Assembly: GCA_946965045.2 (NCBI GenBank)
Contig: OX337231.1
Coordinates: 3,906,001 to 3,970,000, forward strand
Length of the DNA: 64,000 bases
From: Epithemia pelagica
Taxonomy: Eukaryota; Protista; Bacillariophyta
Direction: 5' to 3'
In this document: in pieces, positions 1 through 12,477 of the stretch
Position numbering within the stretch: position 1 is the stretch's first letter
Layout of the letters: every line of letters starts with the position of its first letter
The notes under the pieces: model-generated
Told to the model about the DNA's origin: nothing
Seen by the model: the letters and a program-made list of their open reading frames with translations, nothing else
The model's database searches: none
Position numbers and translations under genes: made by a program

Positions 1-932
1 TTGTTGTTGTTGATAATCGGCAATGGCTTGGGTCAATTGTTCCATGGCCTGACAGGCTTCTTGGGCTTGTTCGACCAAACATTCTTGATCGAGGGGTGGG
101 AGTGTGGCGGCTTGAACATTGGAGGCGGCCACTTCTTCGACTGTCTCCCACGCCAAGGTGGCCTCGGTCGACTCGACACCATGATCGGCCGTGGCTTGTT
201 TGGCGGCCTGTAAGGCTTGCGACAATTGCGCTTGGACGGCGGGGGAATCGACGGCCGTGGCGGCTTGCACACCGAGTTTCAAGGCACTCAAGTCTTGCGA
301 CAAGGTTTGGAGTTGCGCCAAGGGGGTTTGATACTCTTGAATCAAGCGTTGCAATTCGGCCATTTTGGAATCGTATTCACGACAGGCTTCATTCACATCG
401 TCCACCAAACATTCTTGATCCAAGCCGCCCTTGGTCGCTTCACTATTATGAAGAATAATACCATACATACGAAACAACAAGAAGACGAATCCAAGAACAA
501 AAGGACAGACGACGACAACAAAGTGTAGATTATAGAATCGAAAACCACGCACACACCGAGAAAAAACCAGAAAGGATGGGAGCAAAAACAATTGTGAGTG
601 AGTTCGACAAGGAGATAGAGAAAGAAAGATCATCCATCCAGGTCCTCCTTCGCATGGCAGTCCCTGAACCGCATCCTTGGTCCAACGCGTACGTACCTAT
701 TGTCGGCTCCAAATTGCAATTCTTCCACCACTTCCCACGCCGCTTGAGCTTGTTGTGAAGTGGGACCAAATTCTTTCGAGGCAGCCATGGCAGCTTCCAT
801 GGCTGCTTGTTGCGAGTCGACCATGAACAGTCGACTATTGGACGTCGTCGTTGTTCCCACCATAAAGGCCGGCACGGTCTCCATCGTCGCCAACAAAAGG
901 GACGAAGCAAGGGTCCACTGGAAAATCTTCAT
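1..932 (-). CDS. Plastid-targeted tandem CP12-like protein (3' end runs off the window)
   Basis: ATG at 932; signal peptide ending VPA-FMV; intron 696-443 (GTACGT...AG) joins GADNS-EATK in frame; two AWExVEE motifs, each followed by a C-x8-C pair (ECLVDDVNEAC, ECLVEQAQEAC). Exon 2 was translated by hand because it is not in the ORF track. Confidence 0.8.
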
Positions 933-1444
933 GGCGGTAAATCGAACAAGAAAAAAGACAGTCAATATAGATTCTTGGAAAGAGCGCTTTCGGTTTATGG
1001 TTTTCTGTTTTCTCGACAACCAACATGAACAATCTCCTTGGCACAACCAAACCCACAAAGATTCGCATCTCCCCACTCCCCACATGCGTGTCTTTTTGGA
1101 GGCAAGTATTCCATCTGGTGTGCGTCACCGCTTTGCGTTCCACGATTGTTCTTTTCGTTCCTTCGTCATCTGGATGCGCTGCTTCGGGGCACTGCCCCCA
1201 GGGCGTATGGGTCGCGCGTACGAGCTACCCATCCCCCACAAAAACTACTCGTCCTACTCCTATAACAAAACCGAACGTCCGTGTCAATCCTCTCTACTCG
1301 TATAGTTAAAAATCATTTCGGAGTTTTAAAAAGCTCGTGGGTCGTGGGTCCACCCAAAAAAATCCTGTTCCAAAAAGTAAATTGTAAAATCGCTCCACAG
1401 GGGTAGTGCAAGTAGAATGGCTCTCTCTTGTAATAGAGACTCTT

Positions 1445-2545
1445 TCAAGCAGCGGCATCGTCCTCTTCGTCAAAAAGGGCATCCATCTCGTGCGGATCCA
1501 TGGGTGCCATTAGGTCCGACAGGAGAACAGAGGAGGAGGACGACGACGCCGTACCAGTAAACGTAGATTCCTCCGTGATTTGTCGCTGGAGCACCGGAGC
1601 ACTGGCCACTGTCCCCTCGTGTGTCGTAGTACTCGTCGTGCTGGGTCCTCCTCGTAGTAGCATGGGTCCTCCTCCGGTGGGTGTTGGTAGTGTCGTCGGG
1701 GTAGCAGCCGCAACAACACGTTCCATATTCCTCGTAGTCTTGTTCGGTCCCTGTCTCATCCTAGACAGAGTCGGTGGTGGTTGCTGTAACACCCCCAAGG
1801 GTGGCAAAGAAGACATAGTGGCCACACTTGGTGTAGATGTCGTGGCAATCACTCCGCGGTCTTGGTCCTCCTGCACGAGTGTCGTCGTCATCGTCTTTGA
1901 AGGTCTCTGCTGCATCCCCACCATCCAATGAATGCTCCCACCACTCTTCGTCGCCTCGTTGTCGTTTCGAGTGTCTTGTTTTGTTTCTGCTTCGTCCTGC
2001 GTCATGGTTCCTCCTCCACCTTGTGTGGTCGTGGCTTGTGGCCCAATGGTACTGGTGGTCGGACACGACGAAGAAGAAGGAGACCGATGAAGGTATCTCC
2101 ACATTTTGTAATTCTTGGTATAGTCATCTCGTTCGGCGGCGGCATGGGTTCGTAAAATCGTGCGCGACTCGGCATCCAAACGTTTCCATCGCTGGGCAAT
2201 CGTACGGGCCAAATCGGCAAAGCCAATCTTGCCATGTGTTTTGCGATGGACGCGGCGTCGGTTCTTGGCGATGGTCGTTGTTTTGAGCTTGTGTTGCCGG
2301 CAAATCTCCCGCGCTTGCTCATTGGTAATGGGAAGGTTGAGGACATCGGTGCCGTCGAGAATGCGCTGCCGCTCCATTTGAAAAAACATGTTGTACGCGC
2401 TCAAGGGAGGTTTCTGCTGTACGGGTTCTTCGTCGTCGTGTCGCTCGGCGGAGGCTACCGCCTGAGCGTTCGAGTCCTCTTGTGCCTCGGCGTCCATTCT
2501 CATGAGTTCCTCCATGGATGGTGGCATTGTGGTGCTTGGAACCAT
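1445..2545 (-). CDS. HMG-box protein (HMG1)
   Basis: PPLSAYNMFFQMERQRIL...HGKIGFADLARTIAQRWKRL; low-complexity C-terminal half. Confidence 0.9.
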   Translation of the reverse strand: MVPSTTMPPSMEELMRMDAEAQEDSNAQAVASAERHDDEEPVQQKPPLSAYNMFFQMERQRILDGTDVLNLPITNEQAREICRQHKLKTTTIAKNRRRVHRKTHGKIGFADLARTIAQRWKRLDAESRTILRTHAAAERDDYTKNYKMWRYLHRSPSSSSCPTTSTIGPQATTTQGGGGTMTQDEAETKQDTRNDNEATKSGGSIHWMVGMQQRPSKTMTTTLVQEDQDRGVIATTSTPSVATMSSLPPLGVLQQPPPTLSRMRQGPNKTTRNMERVVAAATPTTLPTPTGGGPMLLRGGPSTTSTTTHEGTVASAPVLQRQITEESTFTGTASSSSSSVLLSDLMAPMDPHEMDALFDEEDDAAA

Positions 2546-2842
2546 GGTTGACTATAATGGAATCTATGATTACCTAGATATCCTGAATATAGATGAGCGT
2601 GCCCACACAAACGTCGAACTAGGAGCTAGAATAAAGAATACGAATGGTTGGGCGTTGGATCGACATGGAGTTTCTCCTTGTCCGGGCGAAGAGACAACAA
2701 ACGAGAAGCACGGATTCATGTTTCATTGTCTTCAACAGCGGTTTGTTATGCGGGACGGCGACGACCAACTATGGTTGGAACTGGTGCCTACAATACTATC
2801 CCTCACCATTGACCAGTATGTGTGTGCTGAGTTCGCATTCGA

Positions 2843-3049
2843 AACTTCTAGAACTTTGAATTGACTGGTAGCTACTAGCTACAGAAGACAAAAGATTAAC
2901 AGATCGACACCGAACTTCTAGAACTTTGAATTGACTGGTAGCTACTAGCTACAGAAGACAAAAGATTAACAGATCGACACCGAACTTCTAGAACTTTGAA
3001 TTGACTGGTAGCTACTAGCTACAGAAGACAAAAGATTAACATATCGACA
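2843..3049. repeat. 70-bp tandem repeat, about 3 copies
   Basis: gaactttgaa recurs at 2851, 2921 and 2991; units are near-identical with no spacers. Confidence 0.95.
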
Positions 3050-4547
3050 TATATATTCATCTAAATTTTGATGTTTAAAAGCGTCCGGAGTCCGGACATG
3101 AATGAGCTATGAGGTATGAGGAATTGAGGAATAGTTATTGCGAACTGCGAACTACTCCTAACCATTAACTCTAAGATAGGGTTCGATGTTCGATGCTTTG
3201 GGTTTTCGATTTTCGACGTACGAGGTACGAGGTAGTACGAGGTACGAGTAGAGAGAAAAGGAAAGTGGAAAGTCTTACGTCCACAATGGGGGAACTGGAA
3301 GTCTCAATGGTCAATGGCATTTTGGCGTCCCCCACGATCACGAGAATCGAGAATCCATAATCCATAACCCATACCCATACACTCCATAATTCATAACCCA
3401 GAACCCATAACAATTGAACTGTGTTGTTCGTGCACAATAGCAATAGCTCTCGTCTCTCGACTCTCGAATGTCTTCTTCTAGAGCTAAGGTTATCAGCTAT
3501 CACCACCGTCAGGCCATCATGAGCAGTGCTAAGTGCTAAGTGCTCTATCTACAATTCGAGCTGCACACTGCACAATGATGTGGACGGCCTTTCATGATAT
3601 CCAACAACGGACAGCCTCTACACCATCTCTCTAGGACTACCTCATTTTCCCTCTCGTCACGGATCTACCACAAGATATGAGAGCAGGATGAAACATGCAT
3701 CATAAAACATGAATTATTATCATGATTCATGCTGTCTAGAAGAGGTTTAATGAAGTAATTGATGGACAATGACTTACAACCACCCTGATATTGCTCCTAG
3801 CTGGCTCCTAGTCATAAATCCGAGTACTCCTAGCTAGAACCATCTATCTCTAGCTAGAACCTACTCCTACCACCCAGAGCCTTGATGACTATTATTACTA
3901 GGTAGTTATTTATTTCATTATTTTTTGATCAACTGCTATCTGCTATCTGCTTTGATAAATGACGAAAGAATAATTTGAACTACTATGATTTATGAAAAGC
4001 TCTTTTCACTTATCAATTATCAACGATAACAGATAACAGACAATAATAATAATTATTATTTCGCCCTGAATTTTTCAAGCTGAAGATGCAGCTTTTAGCT
4101 TTTAGGGAATAATAGTGACTAATGACTACATCATACTACATACTAACCGTACATAGATTAACGATTTAGGATTTAGGATCTGTAGCTCCAGGGAGGCTAT
4201 AAGCTACCAGCTCTATGCTTTACACTTCTTTGTACTCTTTACTCTTTACGCTAAGCACTCAAAGCAGCTGAATTCTCGCTTCAACATCATCTCAATGACT
4301 ATAGATTAAGGAGTAGAGTTTGTACATGATTACACTGTGGGTTAACTTGTAAAAGTATGAATCGTAAAGTAGCCGATGTGTACGCCCGAAATGTTATGTT
4401 CTACGAGTATGTTCTTTGATCTCTGATCTCGCTTCTTGAACTCGTGATTGGTGATTGTCCACGTATTAATTTCTTATTTCTCCGTTCATTAATCAGAAAT
4501 GCAAACTGCGCGTCGTCCATTGGTGCTCGGAAAGGCAGCTTAGCACA

Positions 4548-5474
4548 ATGTCCACACTTTTTCTGAGTTGCAAAGACGAGAACCGAGGCTTTGTTCGAGA
4601 GATGCCTACGATCTACTCCATTCGTCCAACGCCACCATCTTTTGCAAATACCACCATGACACTACCTATCGAATCGGACTCGACGACACGGGCAAAAGCA
4701 CCGCTGAGTGCATACAACATGTTCTTTCAACTGGAACGCAAGCGCATTCTCAATGGTAAGGATCGTCTGCAAATGCCTATTACTCGACAAGAGGTCCAAG
4801 CGACTTGTCGTGAACATCGCACCAAGCAGAATCAGGTTAAACCCCGCCGTGTGCATAGAAGAACGCACGGTAAAATTGGATTTGCCGACCTGGCCCGGAC
4901 CATTGCGGCTCGATGGCGAGCATTGGACGACCACTCCCTCTTCCTCTTGAAGTCTCAGGCGGCCCTGGAAAAGAAAGAGTACATCAAGAACGAGCAGCTT
5001 CAAGACAATCGTGGTGTCCGTCGAAGAAAACAGGAGCATGGGCCACGCCAAGATTTATTGCAAAACATGAGGACGACGAACCAAGCCACTTCTTCTCTTT
5101 CTTGCTCCAAGCTTTCAGGAGAGGATGAGCCAGACCAGAGAAAGTCTCCGTCCATGATCGATCCTCTTATCCCCGAATACTCGATTGCGGTGCATGCAGA
5201 AGCACACCAGTCCATTCCAGTTCCAGAAAGTGAATCCTTAGCAACTATCCAGTTTGACGACCCACTGCTTGGTAAAGTACCACCAGTGGTATCCAAGACA
5301 GTTCCAGTTGCCGATCTCTCACGTTTCCATCAGAAACAAAAAGAGCATCCAGCTCGGGATCCATGGAAAGATGCCTTCTATTGGTTTGCTTCTCCAGCTA
5401 CATCTTTATCGTTGGAACTTCATGACCTCTCTGCCCCCCTGGATCCAGATGTCATGGATCATCTGTTCGAATGA
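4548..5474 (+). CDS. HMG-box protein (HMG2)
   Basis: APLSAYNMFFQLERKRIL...HGKIGFADLARTIAARWRAL; the true start may be a downstream Met. Confidence 0.9.
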   Translation: MSTLFLSCKDENRGFVREMPTIYSIRPTPPSFANTTMTLPIESDSTTRAKAPLSAYNMFFQLERKRILNGKDRLQMPITRQEVQATCREHRTKQNQVKPRRVHRRTHGKIGFADLARTIAARWRALDDHSLFLLKSQAALEKKEYIKNEQLQDNRGVRRRKQEHGPRQDLLQNMRTTNQATSSLSCSKLSGEDEPDQRKSPSMIDPLIPEYSIAVHAEAHQSIPVPESESLATIQFDDPLLGKVPPVVSKTVPVADLSRFHQKQKEHPARDPWKDAFYWFASPATSLSLELHDLSAPLDPDVMDHLFE

Positions 5475-6313
5475 ACACCAACCTACTCGGACTGTAGAAG
5501 TAAGGCTTTCATGCTATAGTTATTCATTTGTTTCATGGTCCAACCTTCTTTCCTCAATGATTGTGGGTGTTCGACAGATTTTTTGCTAGGGTAGGATGCT
5601 ATTGTCTAGCTACCTCAATACCTCGGGCCTTCCTGGTGCTACCACCATCTACCATCTGGTGTTGGCTGGTATTGCAGATGGAGGAGACGTTGGCATCTGG
5701 CATACGCAATGTCGTCACAACATCATGTTTTTTAGCGACGAAAACTACTGAAGCTGCTGGTTTTCTTGATTGGATACATCAAACACGATTTGGTTGTAGT
5801 CCTATAGTTGTGTCGACTGTATCAATCTTTGACTCTCTTTCTTAGGTAGGCACTGTCCCTACTGCCTTGTCGCTGTTTTCTGTAGGAAGCGTAACAAGGC
5901 CGATGGCATGGTACTTGCGCTATTCTAGAATGGTCTAGTACCAACGTTAGGAATAGCACGCGGACGAGTCAACTAACCGTATAGAGCAGAGCATTCGTTC
6001 ATGGCGCTATTTTAATACAACATTCGTATGTATATTGCTATGATGTATGACACAGAGAGTGAGAGAGCGAGATGTAGATATGTTGTGGATGTCGTATGTC
6101 GTTGTTGTTATGAAGCAATAGAGGAATTGGGGACGGATCCCTACACACCACACATGCTCCACATCTCGTCGACTCGCAGTGTTCCATTGGAGAGTGGACC
6201 ATGGTTCGTGTCATGTGTATGATAGCATTGGTCGGGGCCGTTGGGTGGACGCCTTGTCGTTCATTTCATTCCCTTGTTGTTTTTGGAAAGCCTTCCTTCC
6301 TAGGTAGTACCTT

Positions 6314-8294
6314 TTAGTTGAACATGCGGAGTGCCAGTTCGAGGGGATGTCCCATTTTCCATCGATCGTGTGGTCCGGCCAAGGCTTGTTGAAAGTTGCG
6401 TCCTTGAGCAATAATGCCCGAGTTGTTAAAGGCCGCATGACTGGTATAATAATGTTGCTTGATATGATCCAATTTGATCACTTCTCGACCAATGACAGAA
6501 AAGGACGAATCCGCATCCAAGGTTGGAGTGGTATCGTCCCACAACAAACCGCCACCGACCGTGGGAGAGGAAGCACTGGCATTGGTGGCACCCTTGAAAT
6601 GGCCATTGCTACTTGTATTGTTGTGTTGTTGTTGAGGATCTTGTTCATGCCGAAACTGGTAAATATCTCGACAATACTGCATCAAGGTGGGTGCATCTCC
6701 CACCAACCGTGTATTGGCCTTGAACAAGACGGCATAAACTTCATCAATGCGCACCAGGGTCACAAACAAGCGGACATCGGCTTCGGTAATGCTATTGCCC
6801 ATCAAGTATCTCGAGGTTTGCAACATGGACACGATTTTATCAAAGGCCTGGGTGAATTGTTCCATGGCAATATTGTATTAGGCCTGGGTTTCGGCCAAAC
6901 CGCATTGGTAAGGAGTCATGTTGAAATTGGTGTAGAGCCAGTCATTTAGTTCGTCCATCTCTTGTTGTTTGTCCGAGGGATACAAGTCCAGGTTGGGATA
7001 TTTGCAAAAGGCATTGAATTCCGAATTGAACATGCGAACGATATCGGACGATTCGTTATTGACAATGGTCTTGGTCTCCTTGTCCCACAAGACGGGGACG
7101 GTAAAGGGACCAGACGCAGCCTGTTTGCTGCTTTTGGATGCGGCATGATCGTAAATATCCCTCAAGGAAAAGGCTCCAAATTCGGGATCTGGTTCACAGC
7201 CTTCCAAAACAGTCGGAAAGGGCCCACCCTTGCCTTGTGGATTGGTATAATACGTGACATCCTCATCCTCATCGTCATTCGTAGTAGTACCGTTGGTGTG
7301 AGTGTGAGCATGGCTCTTGGATGTGGCAAAGACCCATCCGGCATGATCGTCCTGGGGTTTGGTGTTGCGAAAGGTGGGCAACAAGAGTGTCATGCTAATG
7401 ACGTGTTCGAGGCCCTTGAGTTTGCGGACCATGAGCGTGCGGGTCGCCCATGGACATCCAGCCGCCGCATACAAATGATAGCGACCCGATGCGGCCGGAA
7501 ATTCGGCCGAGGGATCATCTATAGGTAGGCAGTTTGTAGGTAAAAGGAGTCGTAGAGAGGGCAGTCGTATAGATGGACCAACAATTATTGTGGAGCATGA
7601 ATGGCAGTCCCAACCAACACTATTCCAACCAACGAATCGTAACAGGAGCAAGAAACCAAAACAGTACCAATCGAATAGAACCAGTAGAGAACACAAACGA
7701 ATCACACAAAGAGCCATTACCCAGATCACGCACACCAAACCACGCAAAGACACATGTTGCCAGTGAGAAACACACACAAACACAAGAGAACAAAAGAGAA
7801 GGACACTGGCACAACAGACCAACCAAACGATGGTCGTTTTCCTTGCGGCATTCCTGCCAAAGAACGCTGCCTGCCTGCCACACAACGGTACGTACTGGCT
7901 CGGACAAAGGATCGCCATTGGGAGGGTTTGGGAAAAACTTTTTGGTGCCTGGTTGTGATTTGGATTGTGCTTGTTTTCCTCCTCCTCGGCCACTCTTGGT
8001 GGAGGAGGACGAAATGAGGGAGGAGGTTCGAATGACGGCCGGTCCACTGGTGTTCATGTCTTGACTGTCCAAGGACTTGGTTTGTTGTGGCACTTGCTGT
8101 TGTTGTTGCTGTTTTTTGCGTGTTTTGGGAGGCGGTGATTTGGCTCGTGCGGCATTCTTGTTCTTGTTGTTGGTAGTCGCCGCATCTTTGGCATTGGAAC
8201 TCTCCAATACTTGCAGGGCATCGTCCTCCGTGGTTGTTTTGCCATTCTTGCCTTGTTGTTGTTGTAGGAGTGGTCGATTCTTTTTGCGAAACAT
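6314..8294 (-). pseudogene. Glutathionyl-hydroquinone reductase / GST omega-like (YqjG/ECM4 family) with one in-frame TAA
   Basis: RYHLYAAAGCPWATRTL, FTVPVLWDKETKTIVNNESSDIVRM, ITEADVRLFVTLVRIDEVY. ORFs 6878-8047 and 6314-6865 are in the same frame, split by TAA at 6880-6878. Probable first exon from 8294, with an intron ending at the AG at 7520-7519. Confidence 0.85.
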
Positions 8295-8547
8295 GATGAT
8301 GATTCGTTGGGTTTCCAACCGAAAATACAGAGAGAAATTGTAGAGTATCCGAGATGCAGCAGCACCGTCACTCAACGACGACAACGATCCTCAGGAGTCT
8401 GCACAGGTGAGATCTTCCTACGTCCGTGACTCTCGTCTTGTTGTCCTGTTGTTGTGGTTGTTGTTGATGTATAGCAGAGACGCACCACACCGATAAAGCT
8501 AGAGAGAGAGACGTTTTGTTGTCGAGAGAGTTGTGTGTTCTTTATGG

Positions 8548-8579
<32 letters not shown>

Positions 8580-9158
8580 TTTCATTGTAGAAAGCAAGAG
8601 TTTGCATCTTGCATCTCCGAAAAATCTGTCAATAGATGACCGATCCGCGACCTCAGTGATCGGAGGACGGACTGTGAGCGGCGACTGACGGATGCTCTCT
8701 GCCGGCTGTCGCGTTCGTTCCAAGTTCGCTCCGTTGGCACAAAGATACCTTTCGCTCCACTTTCTTCTCGCGCCATCTGTCACGGCAAGATATTTTGGTT
8801 TGTTTCGTCTAAAACTCTATTCAAGAAAAGCATCACTCTAGTGGTACCGAGCGAAGCGTATCATGTCTGAAATCTATTTCATTGGAAGGCGGAATCTCAT
8901 TCCATGTCATGTCAACGTCATTGGTGAAAATGCGTTCGTTTTTCTTGGAACCATGTTTGTGGTGTATCATGGATTGCCGTGAATTGGAAGCAGCAGACGC
9001 AGTGTCATAATATACCCAACGCTTGACTCTCTTCTCTCTTGAACTCGAGCAGTCACAACGCTTGACTACACACAAAGCACAAAGACCTTTGAGAGGCAAC
9101 CACACAAACTCTCTCTTTCTCCTTCTCTCTACGACACGACCTTGTCCTCCTCCTCATC

Positions 9159-10254
9159 ATGGGTTGCATGCAATCGACTCCCACCGAAGCGGCGACTTCG
9201 TCGACCAAGCAAGCTCCGGAAACGGCCCAGTCCACGTCCGGTGGTCCGACCAGTTTGGCCAAGCCGGGCAAATTAACGTCCTTGGTGTACAATGACACGA
9301 CCAAGGTTCCGACGCATTGGACCGATACCGCCTTTTTGATTCCTCATGAATGGTTGCGTCGCGAAATGTCCGCCTTGGCCGCCAGTGCACAAGCCTTGCC
9401 CGATACCGTCACCGAAGCCGATTCCTGGAAGGCGGAATTCTTGGCCACGTGGATTCTCCAAGTCTTTTATCCCGTCTTTATCATGCGTACGTAGTACCAA
9501 ACAAACGATGAACGAAACGAGAGAGCGCGAGAGAGAGCGGATTGCTTGTTGTGATTATGGTTGTGGTTATAGTTGTGGATGATGATGAAACATGTCGTCG
9601 ACTGCACAACCAGGTCGTTTTCTAATCTCTCTTGTTCTGTATCTCTTCTTCTTTTGTTCTTGTTCCAAACGCACAGACCACACCAATGAGGAAGACATTT
9701 ACGTTCCCATGTTGATGGAACATGGATGCAAGATTGAAGACAAAAAAATCTCCCAGGATCATGAAACGCTCGTCAAGCAACTCCAGGAAATCCAAGCATT
9801 GGCCGATACCATGGAAAAGGCCAAGGGTTTGAATTGTGCCACGGCCATTAGCAGTCTCAAAACCAAGGTGGCCACCTTTGTCGTGGAAATGGGTGACCAT
9901 TTGAAGGAGGAAGAAGAAACCCTTCCTCCAGCCATGTTGGCCGCCCAGGTTCCCAAGGAGGACAGTGACAAGGCGGTGGAAAAAATTATTCAAGCCGGTG
10001 GTTTGGACGGCTTGAAAACGGAAATTCCCGGCGTCATTGTGGCCATGCAAGACTGGGCGACCGAAGCGCACTACCAAGAATTTTTGAAGGAAATTCCTCC
10101 CCCCATTTTGAAATTGCAACTCGACATTTTGGTTCCCAATTACAAGACGTGGTATTGTCCCATGCGAGATGCCCCGACGATGGACAGCAAACCGGAATTG
10201 ACCCAATTGCCCTTTGATCCCTCCATGTTGCCCCCGCCGCCGCCGGCCGAATAA
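9159..10254 (+). CDS. Hemerythrin/HHE cation-binding domain protein with MGCxxS acylation signal
   Basis: Intron 9487-9676 (GTACGT...CAG) reconstitutes MHHTNEED; other ligand motifs are PHEWLRRE, QDHETL and DHLKEEEE. Confidence 0.8.
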
Positions 10255-10912
10255 ACGTGTATGTGTGTGTGTGTGGAACGAACGAAGCAATAAAAGGTAC
10301 TAAAGTAGTTGCGGTGTGTTTGTGTGCGGCCTGGACCCCCAAACACCAAGCTCGAACTCCAACCAGGAGTCTCGATACCCTAAAAATATACCAAACAGAA
10401 ATCCAACAAGATTGAAGAGAAAAGAGTGGATAGAGTAATACAAGATTGGAACGGATCTGATATCTGTGTGAAAAGAGAGAGAGAAAAACCAAAAAGAAAC
10501 GTGTGTCGTTGAGGTTCCAATCCTACTATAGTAAAGTGACTAGGAGTAGTAGTAACCGTCATGAGCGTAATAGCAAGAACTCTATACAACCATATTCTGA
10601 TTGGACACTTGAGGGAGGCAATCGATGCAGCAGCCCGATGCCACATGGAAGGTCGTTTGGGGAAGGAACGAGAGTTGCCTACCGAACTGTCAGCAGGGCG
10701 AGACAAATAGCTCTTTGTTCAATTCTATGTCGGACAGGGTGGTGGTAGTTCTATCGTAGAGATTGGTGCTGTTTTGTCGTCGTCTGTCCTAGTGGAATAC
10801 CTACCTACCTAGTTCGTTGGAGAGGCGCAGGAGAAACAGTGTGTCATTTCGGTGGCATGGTAGGACTATTCTTAGTAGTTGTAGTATTTATTCTGGTTGG
10901 TTTTGGTTTGGC

Positions 10913-11749
10913 TTAAAATCCACAAGCCGCCGCATCGTCCAAATTGCCCTTGGTTTCCAAATAGGACGGTCCGGTCCAAGCGGAATCGGGAATGTCCAAA
11001 TCGTACGGGTCACTGACAATCATGGTTGTGGTTTGACCATCCTCACCAAGTTCCGCCTTGGCCAATTGAACGCGCGCCGAGGCTCGACAATCGCGAAAAA
11101 ACAACACCTTGAGGGCATCTTCCAACAAGGCACGGGCCTCGCCTTCGGTCAAATCGGGACGCCAATGTTCGCGCAACAAGGGCGTGGCCAAGTACGATCC
11201 AAAACCCGTCGCCACCACGTTTTCGCCCCGAATCGTGGTCCCAATCTTGTCAATGGTGCCCAAAAAGGGACGCATCGTGGGTGTCGTCGAGTCTTTGTTG
11301 CTCGTATCGGGATACGTTCCGGCCACGACGACTTCATTCCAATAAGGATTAAACTTGTTGCGGCGATTGTACAGGACAAAGCGCAAATAATTCCAAATTT
11401 GCAAGGCGGTAAAGTCGCGGGGCGTGTCAATCGATTCCAAAACGGTCGTGGTGGTTTCCGACAAGGCCTTGCGTTCCAACAAATCCACCAAGGCTTGCGT
11501 ATCGGAAAATTCGCCCGAGGCACCCAACAAGCACGTGGCGTGTTGCAACGAAAACAAGCGCGGGACATTTTGATGTTTGGCCATGCTGCCATAACTCAAC
11601 AAGGTATCGGCCGCCAACAAGACACCCTTGTCATAGACAATGCCCAAGACGGTCGTCCCCGTTACCATGGGACGAGTCGTATGTTGACGGCCGCCACTTG
11701 TGGAACACGAAGAAGAAGCCGCCACGGACGATCCAAACATGTGGCTCAT
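10913..11749 (-). CDS. PSMB4: 20S proteasome subunit beta type-4 (beta7/PRE4)
   Basis: TTRPMVTGTTVLGIVYDKGVLLAADTLLSYGSMA, LYNRRNKFNPYWN, ATGFGSYLATPLLR, EARALLEDALKVLFFRDCRAS. Confidence 0.93.
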   Translation of the reverse strand: MSHMFGSSVAASSSCSTSGGRQHTTRPMVTGTTVLGIVYDKGVLLAADTLLSYGSMAKHQNVPRLFSLQHATCLLGASGEFSDTQALVDLLERKALSETTTTVLESIDTPRDFTALQIWNYLRFVLYNRRNKFNPYWNEVVVAGTYPDTSNKDSTTPTMRPFLGTIDKIGTTIRGENVVATGFGSYLATPLLREHWRPDLTEGEARALLEDALKVLFFRDCRASARVQLAKAELGEDGQTTTMIVSDPYDLDIPDSAWTGPSYLETKGNLDDAAACGF

Positions 11750-12477
11750 GGTGAGTCGAGTCGAAACAAGAAGAAACAAAAGGACGAATGGAAACACGGA
11801 AATAATGTTGTTGTTGCTGCTGCTGATGATGATGAAGCGAATGTCTTCTAGTGCTTGCTCCACAAGCCACAAGCCTCTCTCTCTCTCTCCAGATCGGATG
11901 GTTCTCCCTGTTCTGTGCTTGGATAGTCTCGGTGTGCGTGTCTATGGAGAGCATGGATATCTTCGATTCTTTTCCCCTACCTTCTTCTGGGGGTGCATCC
12001 TGTTGCGGGGTCGAATGTTCTGCACTCTGCACCCCCGCCAAGTCAAGGGGGGGGGGGGGACCGAAAGACTGGAAGGCAGCTAGGTAGTCTATGCCTGTAG
12101 GCTAGTAGTTGTTCCCAATCGGGCTCCTTGCACTCCTCTCCTCCTCTAGGAGTAGCTAGCAAGTGTCAGCGGAGTTCCAACATCGAGAAAAAACCAACAA
12201 CAACAACAACAACCTCTATCTATTAGTATACGATATACAGTATAGTCATATATAAGAATGTGTGGTGTGGCGCTACGAGTCCCAACAGAACGGCAGGGGA
12301 GGACCGGTCATCTCTCGTGTATGTGCGAAAATGTGTTGGATCATTCGTTGCCTTCTCCACCACGACCACAATAGAAACGCACAGACGCACGCAACATGGT
12401 TGGGCCCTCCAGGATGGTCGTCTCCTCGTCGTCGTCGTCGTCGTTGATATTGGCCATGTAGAGGGACACACTTTTTA

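Noticed and set aside
2843-3049. CRISPR-like array
   Set aside because: Units are contiguous and identical with no unique spacers; eukaryotic context; no cas genes
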